DNA of 64,000 nt from Bacteroidia bacterium (lineage in GTDB: Bacteria > Bacteroidota > Bacteroidia > AKYH767-A > JBBKVM01). Shown piece after piece: positions 32,249 through 42,520 of this stretch (positions within the stretch are counted from its first letter, which is position 1; each line of letters begins with the position of its first letter). The notes under the pieces are model-generated. The model did not search any database, was not told the DNA's origin, and saw nothing but the letters and a program-made list of their open reading frames with translations. The position numbers and the translations under genes were made by a program. The stretch is taken from assembly GCA_037968415.1 (NCBI GenBank), contig JBBKVM010000043.1, positions 1,082 to 65,081 on the forward strand, read 5' to 3'.

Positions 32249-33466
32249 ATGCCACAATTACCCACCGCACTCAAACACAATCAGGAGAAGGCCATACTTG
32301 TCGGCATCATACACCGCGGGCAAGATGAATTGCAGATGCGCGAGTTTCTCGATGAGCTCGCTTTTTTAGCCGAAACGGCTGGCGCAAAAATGGTGCGTAT
32401 GTTTTGGCAGCGACTCGACAAACCCGACAGCCGCACTTTCATAGGCTCGGGCAAGCTCAACGAAATACGAGACTACATTAAGGAACACAAGATTGACATT
32501 GCCATTTTTGACGATGAGCTCTCAGGCGCACAAATTCGTAACATCGAAACAGTACTCCAATGCCGCGTGCTCGACCGCACCAATCTGATCCTCGACATAT
32601 TTGCCAAACGCGCGCGCACAGCCCAATCACGCACACAAGTGGAATTGGCTCAATACAAATATTTGCTGCCGCGCCTTACGCGTATGTGGACACACCTCGA
32701 AAAACAACGTGGTGGAATCGGAATGCGTGGCCCCGGTGAGCGCGAGATAGAAACTGACCGAAGGGTTATTCGTGACAAGCTATCACGCCTGCGCGAAAAA
32801 CTAAAAGAGATCGACAAGCAAAACATAACCCAAAGAAAGCAGCGTGGCGAAATGGTGCGTGTGGCTTTGGTGGGATACACCAACGTGGGCAAGTCCACGC
32901 TGATGAATGTGCTGAGCAAGTCGGATGTGTTTGCCGAAAATAAATTGTTTGCCACACTCGAAACCACGGTGCGCAAAGTAGTGCTCGACAGTATTCCTTT
33001 TTTGCTGAGCGACACGGTTGGGTTTATCCGCAAGCTGCCGCACGACCTGGTGGAGTCTTTTAAGAGCACCCTTGACGAAGTTCGCGAGGCTGATATCCTT
33101 ATCCATGTGGTAGATATTTCTCACCCCACTTTTCAAGATCACATTAATGTAGTGAACGAAACGCTGGCGGAGCTTGGCGCAGGCGATAAGCCCACACTCA
33201 CCGTCTTCAATAAAATAGATGCATATTCATTTGTTGAAAAAGAAGCCGATGACCTTACACCTTCCGATAGCAGCAACATCAGTCTTGACGAATTAAAAAA
33301 TTCGTGGATGGCAAAAGAAAATGGCCAAACTGTTTTTGTTTCCGCCACACGCAAAGAAAATCTTACCGAGCTGCGCGAGGTGTTGATACACATGGTTCGT
33401 GAAATGCACTTTGAGCGATACCCCCATAACGCACCAGGCCCCCGCGATGCAGGGGCCAGGGAATAA
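32249..33466 (+). CDS. hflX: GTPase HflX
   Basis: GPGEREIETDRR, GYTNVGKS, FATL, DTVGFI, NKID. Confidence 0.97.
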   Translation: MPQLPTALKHNQEKAILVGIIHRGQDELQMREFLDELAFLAETAGAKMVRMFWQRLDKPDSRTFIGSGKLNEIRDYIKEHKIDIAIFDDELSGAQIRNIETVLQCRVLDRTNLILDIFAKRARTAQSRTQVELAQYKYLLPRLTRMWTHLEKQRGGIGMRGPGEREIETDRRVIRDKLSRLREKLKEIDKQNITQRKQRGEMVRVALVGYTNVGKSTLMNVLSKSDVFAENKLFATLETTVRKVVLDSIPFLLSDTVGFIRKLPHDLVESFKSTLDEVREADILIHVVDISHPTFQDHINVVNETLAELGAGDKPTLTVFNKIDAYSFVEKEADDLTPSDSSNISLDELKNSWMAKENGQTVFVSATRKENLTELREVLIHMVREMHFERYPHNAPGPRDAGARE

Positions 33467-33481
33467 TCTTTAACGCTCAGT

Positions 33482-34396
33482 TTATTCTCTCACAAAACGA
33501 GCGGTATGCACCGGTTTGTCGTTGCGGTCGTAAAGCTGCAACGTGTACAGGCCTTTAGAAAGTTCCGATACACGTACCGATTTATTTGCTGAATTGATGA
33601 CAGCCGTCATCACTTGTTTGCCTTGTACATCAAACACACGAGCGGTGAGTTGTGGATATTTCACATCATCCCATGATGCATTGATCACATCAGTTGCCGG
33701 ATTGGGATACAACGTAATAGCAGGAACAATTTCAAAAGGCTGCTCGATGCCGCTGATCAGCGTCACCGTCATATCATCAATTTTTAAATTGCTGCCACCA
33801 CGCGCGGAGTCACCAGCGCTCGAACCGAATACAATAAGAATTGTATCAGGTTGATTGGAGGCAGTATAATTAAGTGTAACAGTAGCTTGCTGATAGACAG
33901 CATTGGTACCACCGAAAACAATTCCACCATCGGCTATCGGCACACGCGCCTGCAACAAGGTATCGTAGTAAGACATGGAAACCAGACAGCCTGCAGAATC
34001 CACGTTGGCAGCAGGTGCATATTTGTACCAGAAACTAAAAGTGTTCACTTTTTGATTGAATGGAATGCCTAGTACGAACGACTGGTTGGCAAGATTTACT
34101 GTGCCTGTAAACAGGGTGCCCGGAAGTGTGTCGGGCAATGTGCCGGGCAATGGGTTGGTGGTAAGCACTTTGGTTTCGAGCCGGGCAGCGAATAGGCCAG
34201 TACGCTTATCGGTTGATTTTGTAACAGTAGCCGGTGCGCCCGATATCACCAGTTGATTGAGGGTGCCCCAACCTTGCGGCTCTTCGTACAGAAAAAGGTT
34301 GGTCCAGGTCTCCATGCCCGGGTTGGGGATGGTTTGTGCGGCTGCCGGCATCAGCGCTGTTACAAGAAAAAAGCTTAATAGTAGATTTTGTTTCAT
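33482..34396 (-). CDS. T9SS-secreted protein with a putative carbohydrate-binding (PCMD-like) domain
   Basis: Signal peptide ending AAAQ, IPNPGMETW...FSFWYKYAP...LKIDD, C-terminal LYPNPA...GLYTL; start at ATG 34396 with TATCTTTG at 34425-34418. Confidence 0.75.
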   Translation of the reverse strand: MKQNLLLSFFLVTALMPAAAQTIPNPGMETWTNLFLYEEPQGWGTLNQLVISGAPATVTKSTDKRTGLFAARLETKVLTTNPLPGTLPDTLPGTLFTGTVNLANQSFVLGIPFNQKVNTFSFWYKYAPAANVDSAGCLVSMSYYDTLLQARVPIADGGIVFGGTNAVYQQATVTLNYTASNQPDTILIVFGSSAGDSARGGSNLKIDDMTVTLISGIEQPFEIVPAITLYPNPATDVINASWDDVKYPQLTARVFDVQGKQVMTAVINSANKSVRVSELSKGLYTLQLYDRNDKPVHTARFVRE

Positions 34397-34494
34397 ATGG
34401 TTTCTGAGTTTGGTATTCAAAGATAGTGGTGTGGCACGATATATCAACTAAAAATCCACCTCGTCAATGATATTTTAATTCTAACTTTGCACCA

Positions 34495-34863
34495 ATGGAC
34501 TCTACCCGGCAGCAAAAATTTGCAAAACTTATCCAAAAAGAGCTCAGCGAGATATTTGTAAAAAATGGCGCTGACTTTTATGGCAATGCGTTTGTTACCA
34601 TCACTCAAGTACGCGTGAGCCCCGATTTGGCTTTGATGAAAGTGTATTTAAGCCTGTTTAAAGCTAAAAATGCTGACAAATTGCTTGAACAAATTAACCA
34701 CCGAAGCAGAGAGATCAGAGGCCACCTGGGAAACCGCATCAAAAGCCAGATTCGCCACATTCCCGAGCTGGTGTTTTATATCGATGACTCGCTTGATTAT
34801 GCCGAAAACATCAACCGTATTCTCGACCAGATAGACATACCGCCCGCTCCCGATAGCGAATAA
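34495..34863 (+). CDS. rbfA: Ribosome-binding factor A
   Basis: RQQKFAKLIQKEL, VRVSPDL, RHIPELVFYIDDSLDY. Confidence 0.95.
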   Translation: MDSTRQQKFAKLIQKELSEIFVKNGADFYGNAFVTITQVRVSPDLALMKVYLSLFKAKNADKLLEQINHRSREIRGHLGNRIKSQIRHIPELVFYIDDSLDYAENINRILDQIDIPPAPDSE

Positions 34864-34894
34864 ACAAACCCATCAAACAAGCCATTTACATTGT

Positions 34895-35701
34895 ATGAAG
34901 TACGACCCGATTAAGCGCGGATTAGGCAACATCTTTAATCGTACTCCGTGGCTACGCATTATATTTTATCGATTGCTCGACTTGTTGTTGCTGCGCGCAT
35001 GGCACGTGCACCGCGAACTAAGATTATGGAAGAAGGCCCACCCCAATGCCACCCACATACTGGATGCCGGGGCAGGGTTTGGTCAACACACATATTGGAT
35101 GCACCGCCACAACAAGCAGTTGCACATTATGGCAGTAGATGTAAAAGACGAACAGGTGCACGACTGCAACCATTTTTTCGAACAGATACAAGCCGATAAA
35201 GTTCATTTTGAAGTAGCGGATCTCACGCAATTTGTAGAAGAGAACACCTATGATCTTTGCCTGTCGGTAGATGTGATGGAGCATATTGAAGAAGATGTGT
35301 TGGTATTCAAAAACATTTGCAAATCATTGAAAGCGGGTGGCATGTTGCTCATCAGCACGCCATCTGACAAAGGCGGGAGTGATGTGCATGGCGATTCGGA
35401 AGAATCGTTTATCGAAGAGCATGTGCGCGATGGCTACAATATGCAAGAGATTATCGACAAGCTGCACAGTGCCGGATTCAGCCGCGCGGAGGCATTGTAT
35501 TCCTACGGCACTCCCGGAAAAATTTCGTGGCGACTGTCCATGAAATATCCCATACTGATGCTGGGCGCCAGCAAGTTATTCTACCTTGTGCTGCCGGTGT
35601 GGTACCTTGTTACCTACCCGCTTTGCTTCATACTCAACTGGATGGATACCACCATGACACACAGTGAGGGCACGGGGCTGATTGTGAAAGCCTGGAAATA
35701 A
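34895..35701 (+). CDS. Class I SAM-dependent methyltransferase
   Basis: ILDAGAGFG, VDVMEHI, LKAGGMLLISTP. Confidence 0.9.
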   Translation: MKYDPIKRGLGNIFNRTPWLRIIFYRLLDLLLLRAWHVHRELRLWKKAHPNATHILDAGAGFGQHTYWMHRHNKQLHIMAVDVKDEQVHDCNHFFEQIQADKVHFEVADLTQFVEENTYDLCLSVDVMEHIEEDVLVFKNICKSLKAGGMLLISTPSDKGGSDVHGDSEESFIEEHVRDGYNMQEIIDKLHSAGFSRAEALYSYGTPGKISWRLSMKYPILMLGASKLFYLVLPVWYLVTYPLCFILNWMDTTMTHSEGTGLIVKAWK

Positions 35702-35716
35702 AACTGCAGAGGTGAA

Positions 35717-36952
35717 ATGAAAAATTTCCCACTTTATATTGCCGGCCGCTACCTGGTTTCAAAAAAGTCGCACAATGCCATCAACATTATTTCACTTATT
35801 TCGGTGGTGGGTGTGGGCATAGGCACCATGGGGCTAATCATTGTGCTATCCGTGTTCAATGGGTTTGGTGCGCTCGTGCTTTCACTTTACAACACTTTTG
35901 ATCCTGACCTGCGCATCACACCTGCCACAGGCAAAACATTTATTCCAGGACCTGCTTTTGAAAAAATAAAAACCATGTCGGGCGTGGTTTTGTATGGCGA
36001 GACATTGGAAGAAACTGTGCTGCTTCGTTACCGCGAGCGACAATATATTGCCACAGTAAAAGGCGTGGGCCCGCAGTATGCAGCCGCCAATCATCTTGAC
36101 AGTATGATTATTGAAGGAAAGTCGCTGCTGGCCGATGAAGATGACGCTTACACACTGATGGGCAGTGGAATTGCTTACGCGCTGGGTGTTCAGGTGAATG
36201 ATGCCTTCAACCCGGTAAATATCTATTTACCGAGGCGCGGTGCTGTGGCTTCGCTCAATCCCGAAGCCGCATTTGTGCAAATGCCTGTGATGGTGTCGGG
36301 CGTGTTTGCCATACAACAAGATTTTGACACCAAATACACATTGCTGCCTTTGCGCCAGGCCCGCGAATTGCTCAGCTACGAAAAAGAAGTGAGTGCCATA
36401 GAGTTAAAATTTGCACCCGGAGTGGACGAAGATGAATTGCAGAAAAATATCATGCAGGCTGTGGGCAAAAATTATGTGGTAAAAAACCGGTTACAGCAGC
36501 ACGATTTCCTCTATAAAATATTACGGTCCGAAAAACTTGCCGTGTACCTAATTCTCTCTTTTATTCTGCTCATCGCAGTGTTCAATGTCATTGGTTCGCT
36601 TACCATGCTGATTATTGAAAAGAAAAAAGACATCACCGTATTGTGGAGCATGGGTGCTGACGCAGGGTTGTTGCGAAATATTTTTCTGGCCGAGGGTATG
36701 ATGATCTCGCTGGTGGGCGCGGTGTCGGGATTATTGCTGGGCTTTGTGATTTGCTTTGCGCAGCAAACATGGGGGCTGATAGACATAGGAAGCAGCGGAT
36801 CGTTTGTGGTCAATGCGTACCCCGTGCAGATGCAGGCCATGGATTTTGTGTATGTGTTTGCCACTGTTGTGGGTATAGGTTTTGTGGCATCATGGTATCC
36901 TGCACGCCAAATGGTGAGACGCCATGTATACAGCGCCACCGATTTGGTATAG
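35717..36952 (+). CDS. LolC/E (FtsX-like) ABC transporter permease
   Basis: IAGRYL...IIVLSVFNGF, EKKKDI...MGA...IFLAEG, SWYPA. Confidence 0.88.
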   Translation: MKNFPLYIAGRYLVSKKSHNAINIISLISVVGVGIGTMGLIIVLSVFNGFGALVLSLYNTFDPDLRITPATGKTFIPGPAFEKIKTMSGVVLYGETLEETVLLRYRERQYIATVKGVGPQYAAANHLDSMIIEGKSLLADEDDAYTLMGSGIAYALGVQVNDAFNPVNIYLPRRGAVASLNPEAAFVQMPVMVSGVFAIQQDFDTKYTLLPLRQARELLSYEKEVSAIELKFAPGVDEDELQKNIMQAVGKNYVVKNRLQQHDFLYKILRSEKLAVYLILSFILLIAVFNVIGSLTMLIIEKKKDITVLWSMGADAGLLRNIFLAEGMMISLVGAVSGLLLGFVICFAQQTWGLIDIGSSGSFVVNAYPVQMQAMDFVYVFATVVGIGFVASWYPARQMVRRHVYSATDLV

Positions 36953-37202
36953 ACGCTTGCTTTCATTTCGCTTAAATTCACGGTTTGTTTTACAAAGTAT
37001 TTCAGTTTAATACTTGATATTATTCCAAAGGGTCAACGCATGGCAGAACTTTGAAAAGTTGAGTTCGCAACTTGAAAGATTGAGGACTTTGACTCAATTG
37101 TATCGATCTCATATTTATTCCACCTTTTATTAGTAATTTGGGGAATATTCGTCAGCAAAACATGTGTACTGTTTCACTGTTGCGCTGGCGTATTTTTCCT
37201 TT

Positions 37203-38174
37203 ATGAATTTTTTACCTCAGATATCTGTTTTTGGAGCTCCTAAAATTTTAAGTTATGAGTTTAGCGGTATAGAATCACACGCTCCCGATATTATCATTTG
37301 GGCAGCACCTATTATGTTCTTTTTTGTGTTGCTTGAGTGGTTTATTTCATACCGACAAAACCGTCACTTGTATGAAAAGAAAGAGACAATAGGTTCAATT
37401 TTCGTTGGCATCGGCAATGTGATTATAGCAACCATACTCAAGCTCGGATTATTGGCCATTCTCATTTGGGTTTACAATCTGGTGCCGTGGCGGTTTCATT
37501 TTTCATGGTGGTATTTTGTACCCTGTTATGTTTTGTTTGATTTGTGCAGCTATTGGGCGCACCGCATATCGCACCACCAGCGTTTTTGGTGGGCTACGCA
37601 CGTGGTGCACCATACAGGCGAGAATTATAACCTCACCGTATCTTTCCGGCTAAGCTGGATGCAACACCTCAAGCTAATATTTTTTCTACCGGTTTCATTT
37701 ATTGGTTTTCATCCGGCCATTATTTTTACCGTCAATCAAATAGCGGTGCTGTTTCAGTTTTGGGTACACACTGAATACATTCGCAAGCTGCATCCGGCCA
37801 TCGAATATGTTTTTGCTACACCTTCTAATCACCGCGTGCACCATGGCTCGCAGCCCAAATACATCAATAAAAATTTTGGTGCCACATTTATTTTTTGGGA
37901 CCGAATGTTTGGCACATTTCAGCCCGAAGAAGAGCAGGTTAATTATGGGGTCACACACCCGCTCAAGAACAAATCCAATCCGGTGTACATCAACTTTCAT
38001 GAGTATGTAGATATGTGGAACGACATGCGAAAGGCAAAAGGGTGGAAGATGAAATTGTTTTTCTTATTTGGCGATCCGCAGGATATAGAAAAGTATAAAA
38101 CAGCCCGTTCACTGGTAATGGCACAACCGCGCAAAATCGAATTTGAATCAACTCCACAATCAAAAACAGGGTGA
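37203..38174 (+). CDS. Sterol desaturase/fatty acid hydroxylase family protein
   Basis: His boxes HRISH, HVVHH, HRVHH; NFGATFIFWDRMFGT. Confidence 0.9.
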   Translation: MNFLPQISVFGAPKILSYEFSGIESHAPDIIIWAAPIMFFFVLLEWFISYRQNRHLYEKKETIGSIFVGIGNVIIATILKLGLLAILIWVYNLVPWRFHFSWWYFVPCYVLFDLCSYWAHRISHHQRFWWATHVVHHTGENYNLTVSFRLSWMQHLKLIFFLPVSFIGFHPAIIFTVNQIAVLFQFWVHTEYIRKLHPAIEYVFATPSNHRVHHGSQPKYINKNFGATFIFWDRMFGTFQPEEEQVNYGVTHPLKNKSNPVYINFHEYVDMWNDMRKAKGWKMKLFFLFGDPQDIEKYKTARSLVMAQPRKIEFESTPQSKTG

Positions 38175-38185
38175 GCAGCATCAAT

Positions 38186-38217
38186 AAAAAAAGCCGGCAA
38201 TATCTGCCGGCTCGTTT
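38186..38217. terminator. Terminator between convergent genes
   Basis: AAAAAA-AGCCGGCA-ATATC-TGCCGGCT; the U-tract is on the minus strand. Confidence 0.75.
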
Positions 38218-38242
38218 ATGTGTTTGTGCTGTTTGTTTTTGA

Positions 38243-38620
38243 TTATTCAGCTTTGTCTTTAAACTGTGCTTTGTCGGCCTCCAACTGCTGCATGATTTCC
38301 TGATAGCGTGTTTCGTTGTTGGCTTTTTTTGCCTGGTTGGCTTGCTCTATTTTGACTTTGTAAGCGGTCACGTCCAATACCACGTTGATCACCTTGGCAT
38401 CGTATAGGTGTACAAACTGGTTGTCGCCATACCACCACAAGGCGGCCTGCACTTTGTCGGTCGATTTGGTGAGGGGTTCCACGCGCGTGGGCTCGCCCAT
38501 TATTTCTTTTACATCACTGGCCTGTTGTCCGAGGCGTAAAAAGTCTGTAGCCTCCTGCGCAAAAGCAGAAGAAGCAAAGAGAAGAAATATGAAAGTAAGA
38601 AGTTGTGTAAGACGTTTCAT
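38243..38620 (-). CDS. Hypothetical exported protein
   Basis: Signal peptide ending AFAQ; LGQQASDVKEIMGEP resembles SmpA/BamE-like small domains. Confidence 0.6.
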   Translation of the reverse strand: MKRLTQLLTFIFLLFASSAFAQEATDFLRLGQQASDVKEIMGEPTRVEPLTKSTDKVQAALWWYGDNQFVHLYDAKVINVVLDVTAYKVKIEQANQAKKANNETRYQEIMQQLEADKAQFKDKAE

Positions 38621-38680
38621 GGTACTGTGGTTTTAATATTAGAAAGTTAAAGTTAGAGATAAATTTTGGTACTTACACAT

Positions 38681-39646
38681 ATGATTTACAATGCCACCAA
38701 CGCATACATGCCTCCGCACTTGCTGCGGAATGCCCATATGCAAACGGTGATACCTGCATTGTTTCGTCAGGTGGAGGTGGCATACACGCGTCAGCGCCTC
38801 ACACTGCCCGATGGCGATTTTGTTGACCTTGACATGGCGGGCAGCGGGAGCAAGAGGGTGGCGTTGCTGCTTCACGGCCTTGAGGGCAGCACTGACAGCG
38901 CCTATGTGCGCGGCATGACCAGAGCCCTCATAGCGCGCGGCTGGGATGTGGTGGCACTGAATATGCGCGGCTGCAGTGGTGAGCCTAACAGAATGTATCA
39001 GTCATATCACTCAGGCGCTACGGCCGACCCGCTTTTTGTGTTGCAGTGGCTGCGAGGAGAAAAGAAATATGAGCAGGCCGCATTGGTGGGGTTCAGCCTG
39101 GGCGGCAATATCACACTTAAGTTATTGGGTGAGTTTGAAGAGGCCACCAATCTGGTAACGTGTGCGGCAGCCATTTCGGTGCCATGCGATCTGGCGGCCA
39201 GCGCGGCCGTGCTTGGCCAGCGCGGAAACTATATGTACATGAAAAGATTTTTGTGGCGCCTGCAGAAAAAAATCAGGCAGAAAGCACACGCATTTCCCGA
39301 ACACGGAATTACAAATCATCAGATCAGCGCGATGCGAAATTTTTTGGATGTGGATAACCTTTACACCGCTCCTGCGCATGGTTTCAAGGATGCTGAAGAC
39401 TATTGGGCACAATGCAGCAGCGTGGGTTTTCTGGACCACATCCGCGTGCCCACGCTATTGTTGCAGGCAGCTGACGATCCATTTCTTGCGCCTTCGTGCT
39501 TCCCTTATCAGCAAGCCGAGCACCACGCACACCTCACCCTACAGGTGACCGAGCGCGGAGGCCACGTGGGGTTTATGCAATTATGGGATGATGAATATTG
39601 GCACGAAACGCGGGTGGCTAATTATCTCACCACACAGGCCGGCTGA
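38681..39646 (+). CDS. YheT-family alpha/beta hydrolase
   Basis: LPDGDFVDLD, HGLEGS, RGCSGE, GFSLGG, DDPF, GGHVGF. Confidence 0.9.
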   Translation: MIYNATNAYMPPHLLRNAHMQTVIPALFRQVEVAYTRQRLTLPDGDFVDLDMAGSGSKRVALLLHGLEGSTDSAYVRGMTRALIARGWDVVALNMRGCSGEPNRMYQSYHSGATADPLFVLQWLRGEKKYEQAALVGFSLGGNITLKLLGEFEEATNLVTCAAAISVPCDLAASAAVLGQRGNYMYMKRFLWRLQKKIRQKAHAFPEHGITNHQISAMRNFLDVDNLYTAPAHGFKDAEDYWAQCSSVGFLDHIRVPTLLLQAADDPFLAPSCFPYQQAEHHAHLTLQVTERGGHVGFMQLWDDEYWHETRVANYLTTQAG

Positions 39647-39647
39647 A

Positions 39648-40652
39648 TTAACTAAGCTTGTCGGTAAGTAATTTTATCTCCACGCGGGGAGATATTTTCT
39701 GATACAAAATATTGTGCACCGCTTCGCAAATGGGCATGTGCACCTGATGTTTTTTGTTGATTTCGTGTATACACTTTACAGCGTAATAACCTTCGGCCAC
39801 CATGTTCATTTCCACTTGCGCAGATTTTACCGAATAGCCTTTGCCCACCATATTTCCGAATGTGCGGTTGCGACTAAACTGTGAGTAAGCTGTTACCAAA
39901 AGATCGCCAAGGTAAGCGGAGTCATTGATGTCGCGTGTGATGGGATGCACGGCATCGACAAAGCGCTTAATCTCTTGAATGGCGTTGCTGATAAGCACCG
40001 CCTGAAAGTTGTCGCCATAGCCCAGACCATGACAAATGCCGCTGGCTACCGCCACTACGTTTTTTAGCACGGCTGAATATTCACTGCCGTAAATGTCGTC
40101 ACTCACAGTTACTTTGATAAAGCGGCAACGCAATTCTTCAGCAAATGCTTCAGCCTTGCCCACATCCTGACACGCCACGGTGAGGTACGAAAGTTTTTCG
40201 AGCGCTACTTCTTCCGCATGACAGGGACCGGTGATTACACCAATATTTCCTAACGGCACATCCAATATCTTGTTCAGGTATTCACCCACTATCAGATTGT
40301 GTTCCGGCACAATTCCTTTGATGGCTGAGAATACAATTTTGTCATTGAAAGATGCTTTGTCAATATCGCCTATTGTGGAAAGCAAAAATGCAGAGGGCAC
40401 GGCAAGCACAATAGTATCTGAATTGGCAAGTGCCTCAGGCAGGCTGCATGTTACGGTGAGCTTGTTTGTGTCGAGGGTTACATCGGTAAGGTAGTTGGGG
40501 TTGTGACCGTACTTGCGTATGTAATCAACTGTTTCCTGCTTGCGCACATACCAAGTAATGGCGGCATCGCGCTGCAGCAACATTTTGATGAGGGCCGTAG
40601 CCCAGCTCCCACCACCGATGATGGAAATGTTTTCAGTTGTTTTTTCGGCCAA
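39648..40652 (-). CDS. gpsA: NAD(P)H-dependent glycerol-3-phosphate dehydrogenase
   Basis: GGGSWATA, GPCHAEE, LKN, GDLLVT...SRNR. Confidence 0.95.
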   Translation of the reverse strand: MAEKTTENISIIGGGSWATALIKMLLQRDAAITWYVRKQETVDYIRKYGHNPNYLTDVTLDTNKLTVTCSLPEALANSDTIVLAVPSAFLLSTIGDIDKASFNDKIVFSAIKGIVPEHNLIVGEYLNKILDVPLGNIGVITGPCHAEEVALEKLSYLTVACQDVGKAEAFAEELRCRFIKVTVSDDIYGSEYSAVLKNVVAVASGICHGLGYGDNFQAVLISNAIQEIKRFVDAVHPITRDINDSAYLGDLLVTAYSQFSRNRTFGNMVGKGYSVKSAQVEMNMVAEGYYAVKCIHEINKKHQVHMPICEAVHNILYQKISPRVEIKLLTDKLS

Positions 40653-40654
40653 AA

Positions 40655-42331
40655 CTAAAATTGAATTTTGCGCGTCACTACTTCGTTGCCACGTTTTACT
40701 TTTACTGTAGTGTTATCGCCCTTGTTAAATTTGCCAAGTGCTTTCATATAACTCATCATGTCGGTTACTTTCACATCGCCCAGTTGAACCACTATATCGC
40801 CTACCTTTAGTTCTGCCTTAGACGCAGGCTTGTCATCCGTAATTCCGTCAATGCGCATGCCTTCACCATCAAACATGTAATCGGGCACCACGCCAAGCGT
40901 CACCGTAAATCGGGGTGCCTCTTCATTGTCGTCATTTTTGGTTTTGGTAAAGGCAAGTTTGTCTTGCTTATTGATAAGTTCGATCAGTCGGTAATTGTAT
41001 TTGATGATGCTGGCAGTGCCGTTGTAATTTATTTTGTCTTCATCGTCACTTGGTTTGTGATAGTCGTTGTGAGTGCCGCTAAAAAAGTGCAACACCGGTA
41101 TGTCTTTGAGATAAAATGAAGTGTGGTCACTTGGGCCCACGCCCGATTCGCTTGTTTTTATTTTCAATCCGTCTACCTCAATGGAGTTGAGCATGGGCAT
41201 CCATGCGGGCGAGGTACCCACACCGTTGATGCCAATTTTCATATCGGAGGTATCCAGCCGGCCTATCATATCGAAGTTGATCATGCAGTTGGCGGTGGCC
41301 AAATCGAAAGTCGGATTTTTGCAATAGTAGTTGCTGCCATAGAGTCCTTTTTCTTCGCCCGAAAATGCGATAAACACATAGTTGTATTTGGTGAGGTTTG
41401 ATTTCTTTATCATTCGCGCCAGCTCTATCATACCGGCCACTCCGCTTGCATTGTCATCGGCACCGTTATGTATTTCAGGCTCACCGCGGTGCAAAGATCC
41501 TTCATCGCCCATGCCCAGGTGGTCGAAGTGCGCACCTACCACAATGGTATATTTTGCCTTGTTGTCGATGTTGCCAACAACATTGTAAGCCAGGTACTCG
41601 GGTTTGCTAAACTCTGATGCCACGCGCGTTTCCACACCGGCCTTCAGTTGTTTGCTTATTTTGGAAGTAGCGAACACCACAGGCACTTTGGTTTTGGTAA
41701 CCTTTGATGACAACTTGCGCGAAGGGTCGGGAAGACTTTTTGAAGTATTAATAAATATGATGGCGATGGCTCCTTTCTTTACAGCAAAGTCAATCTTCTT
41801 GCTAATATCTTCATGGTCGGCATATTTCGAACCATGCATCTTGTCATCAGGCGTGCCGATTTTAATTACAAAAACTTTTTCCTTCAACTCGGTGAGTTTT
41901 TCATAGTCATCGTAACCCAGGTCGGGAGCCGAAATGCCATAGCCCACATGCACGATGGGACCAAAGCCTGAATTCTCTTCCGATTGTGGTAGCGGATAGT
42001 ATTCTTCACCGGGAGAATAACTTTTATCTCCTATCAGCAGCAGGTTGCTGCGGCCCAGGGTCATTGGTCCGTTGAAATAAAATTTCTGCAGATAACCGCC
42101 ACCGGCCAGGTAAGGAGCGATACCCGCATCTTTAAATTGAGCGGCCACATATTGTGCGGCCATCAATTCCTCAGGTGTGCCCGCCTCGCGCCCTTTCAAA
42201 GAATCGGCTGCCAGTATGACGATGTGTTTTTTGAGCGCGGCTTTGAGGTCGTTGTCAGATTGTGCCTGCGCCTGAAATGCCATGAAAAGCAATCCGAAAA
42301 TGATTGCCGATAAAAGGGTTATTCGTTTCAT
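40655..42331 (-). CDS. M28 aminopeptidase with PA and PDZ domains
   Basis: GAHFDHLG, GADDNASG, FSGEEKGL, SDH, YHKPSD; C-terminal PDZ; start set at ATG 42331. Confidence 0.9.
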   Translation of the reverse strand: MKRITLLSAIIFGLLFMAFQAQAQSDNDLKAALKKHIVILAADSLKGREAGTPEELMAAQYVAAQFKDAGIAPYLAGGGYLQKFYFNGPMTLGRSNLLLIGDKSYSPGEEYYPLPQSEENSGFGPIVHVGYGISAPDLGYDDYEKLTELKEKVFVIKIGTPDDKMHGSKYADHEDISKKIDFAVKKGAIAIIFINTSKSLPDPSRKLSSKVTKTKVPVVFATSKISKQLKAGVETRVASEFSKPEYLAYNVVGNIDNKAKYTIVVGAHFDHLGMGDEGSLHRGEPEIHNGADDNASGVAGMIELARMIKKSNLTKYNYVFIAFSGEEKGLYGSNYYCKNPTFDLATANCMINFDMIGRLDTSDMKIGINGVGTSPAWMPMLNSIEVDGLKIKTSESGVGPSDHTSFYLKDIPVLHFFSGTHNDYHKPSDDEDKINYNGTASIIKYNYRLIELINKQDKLAFTKTKNDDNEEAPRFTVTLGVVPDYMFDGEGMRIDGITDDKPASKAELKVGDIVVQLGDVKVTDMMSYMKALGKFNKGDNTTVKVKRGNEVVTRKIQF

Positions 42332-42520
42332 AATCAAGTATGTTTTGTGAATGCTAAAAAAATAAGCGCGCGCCCGTGGGCTCTGCACCGAATCAAATAT
42401 TAAAAAAAATTCCGGTTGGCACAATGGAAACCTATATTTTTTGGCCAACACACACTATTCTTAAGTACATAATGCGCTGGTTTTGTAACCAGCCGCCTAT
42501 TGCACAGGCAGGCGCTCTGC

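Noticed and set aside
33437..33457. GC-rich hairpin at the 3' end of hflX (GGCCCC...GGGGCC)
   Set aside because: Short, inside the CDS and without a U-tract; not enough for a terminator call.
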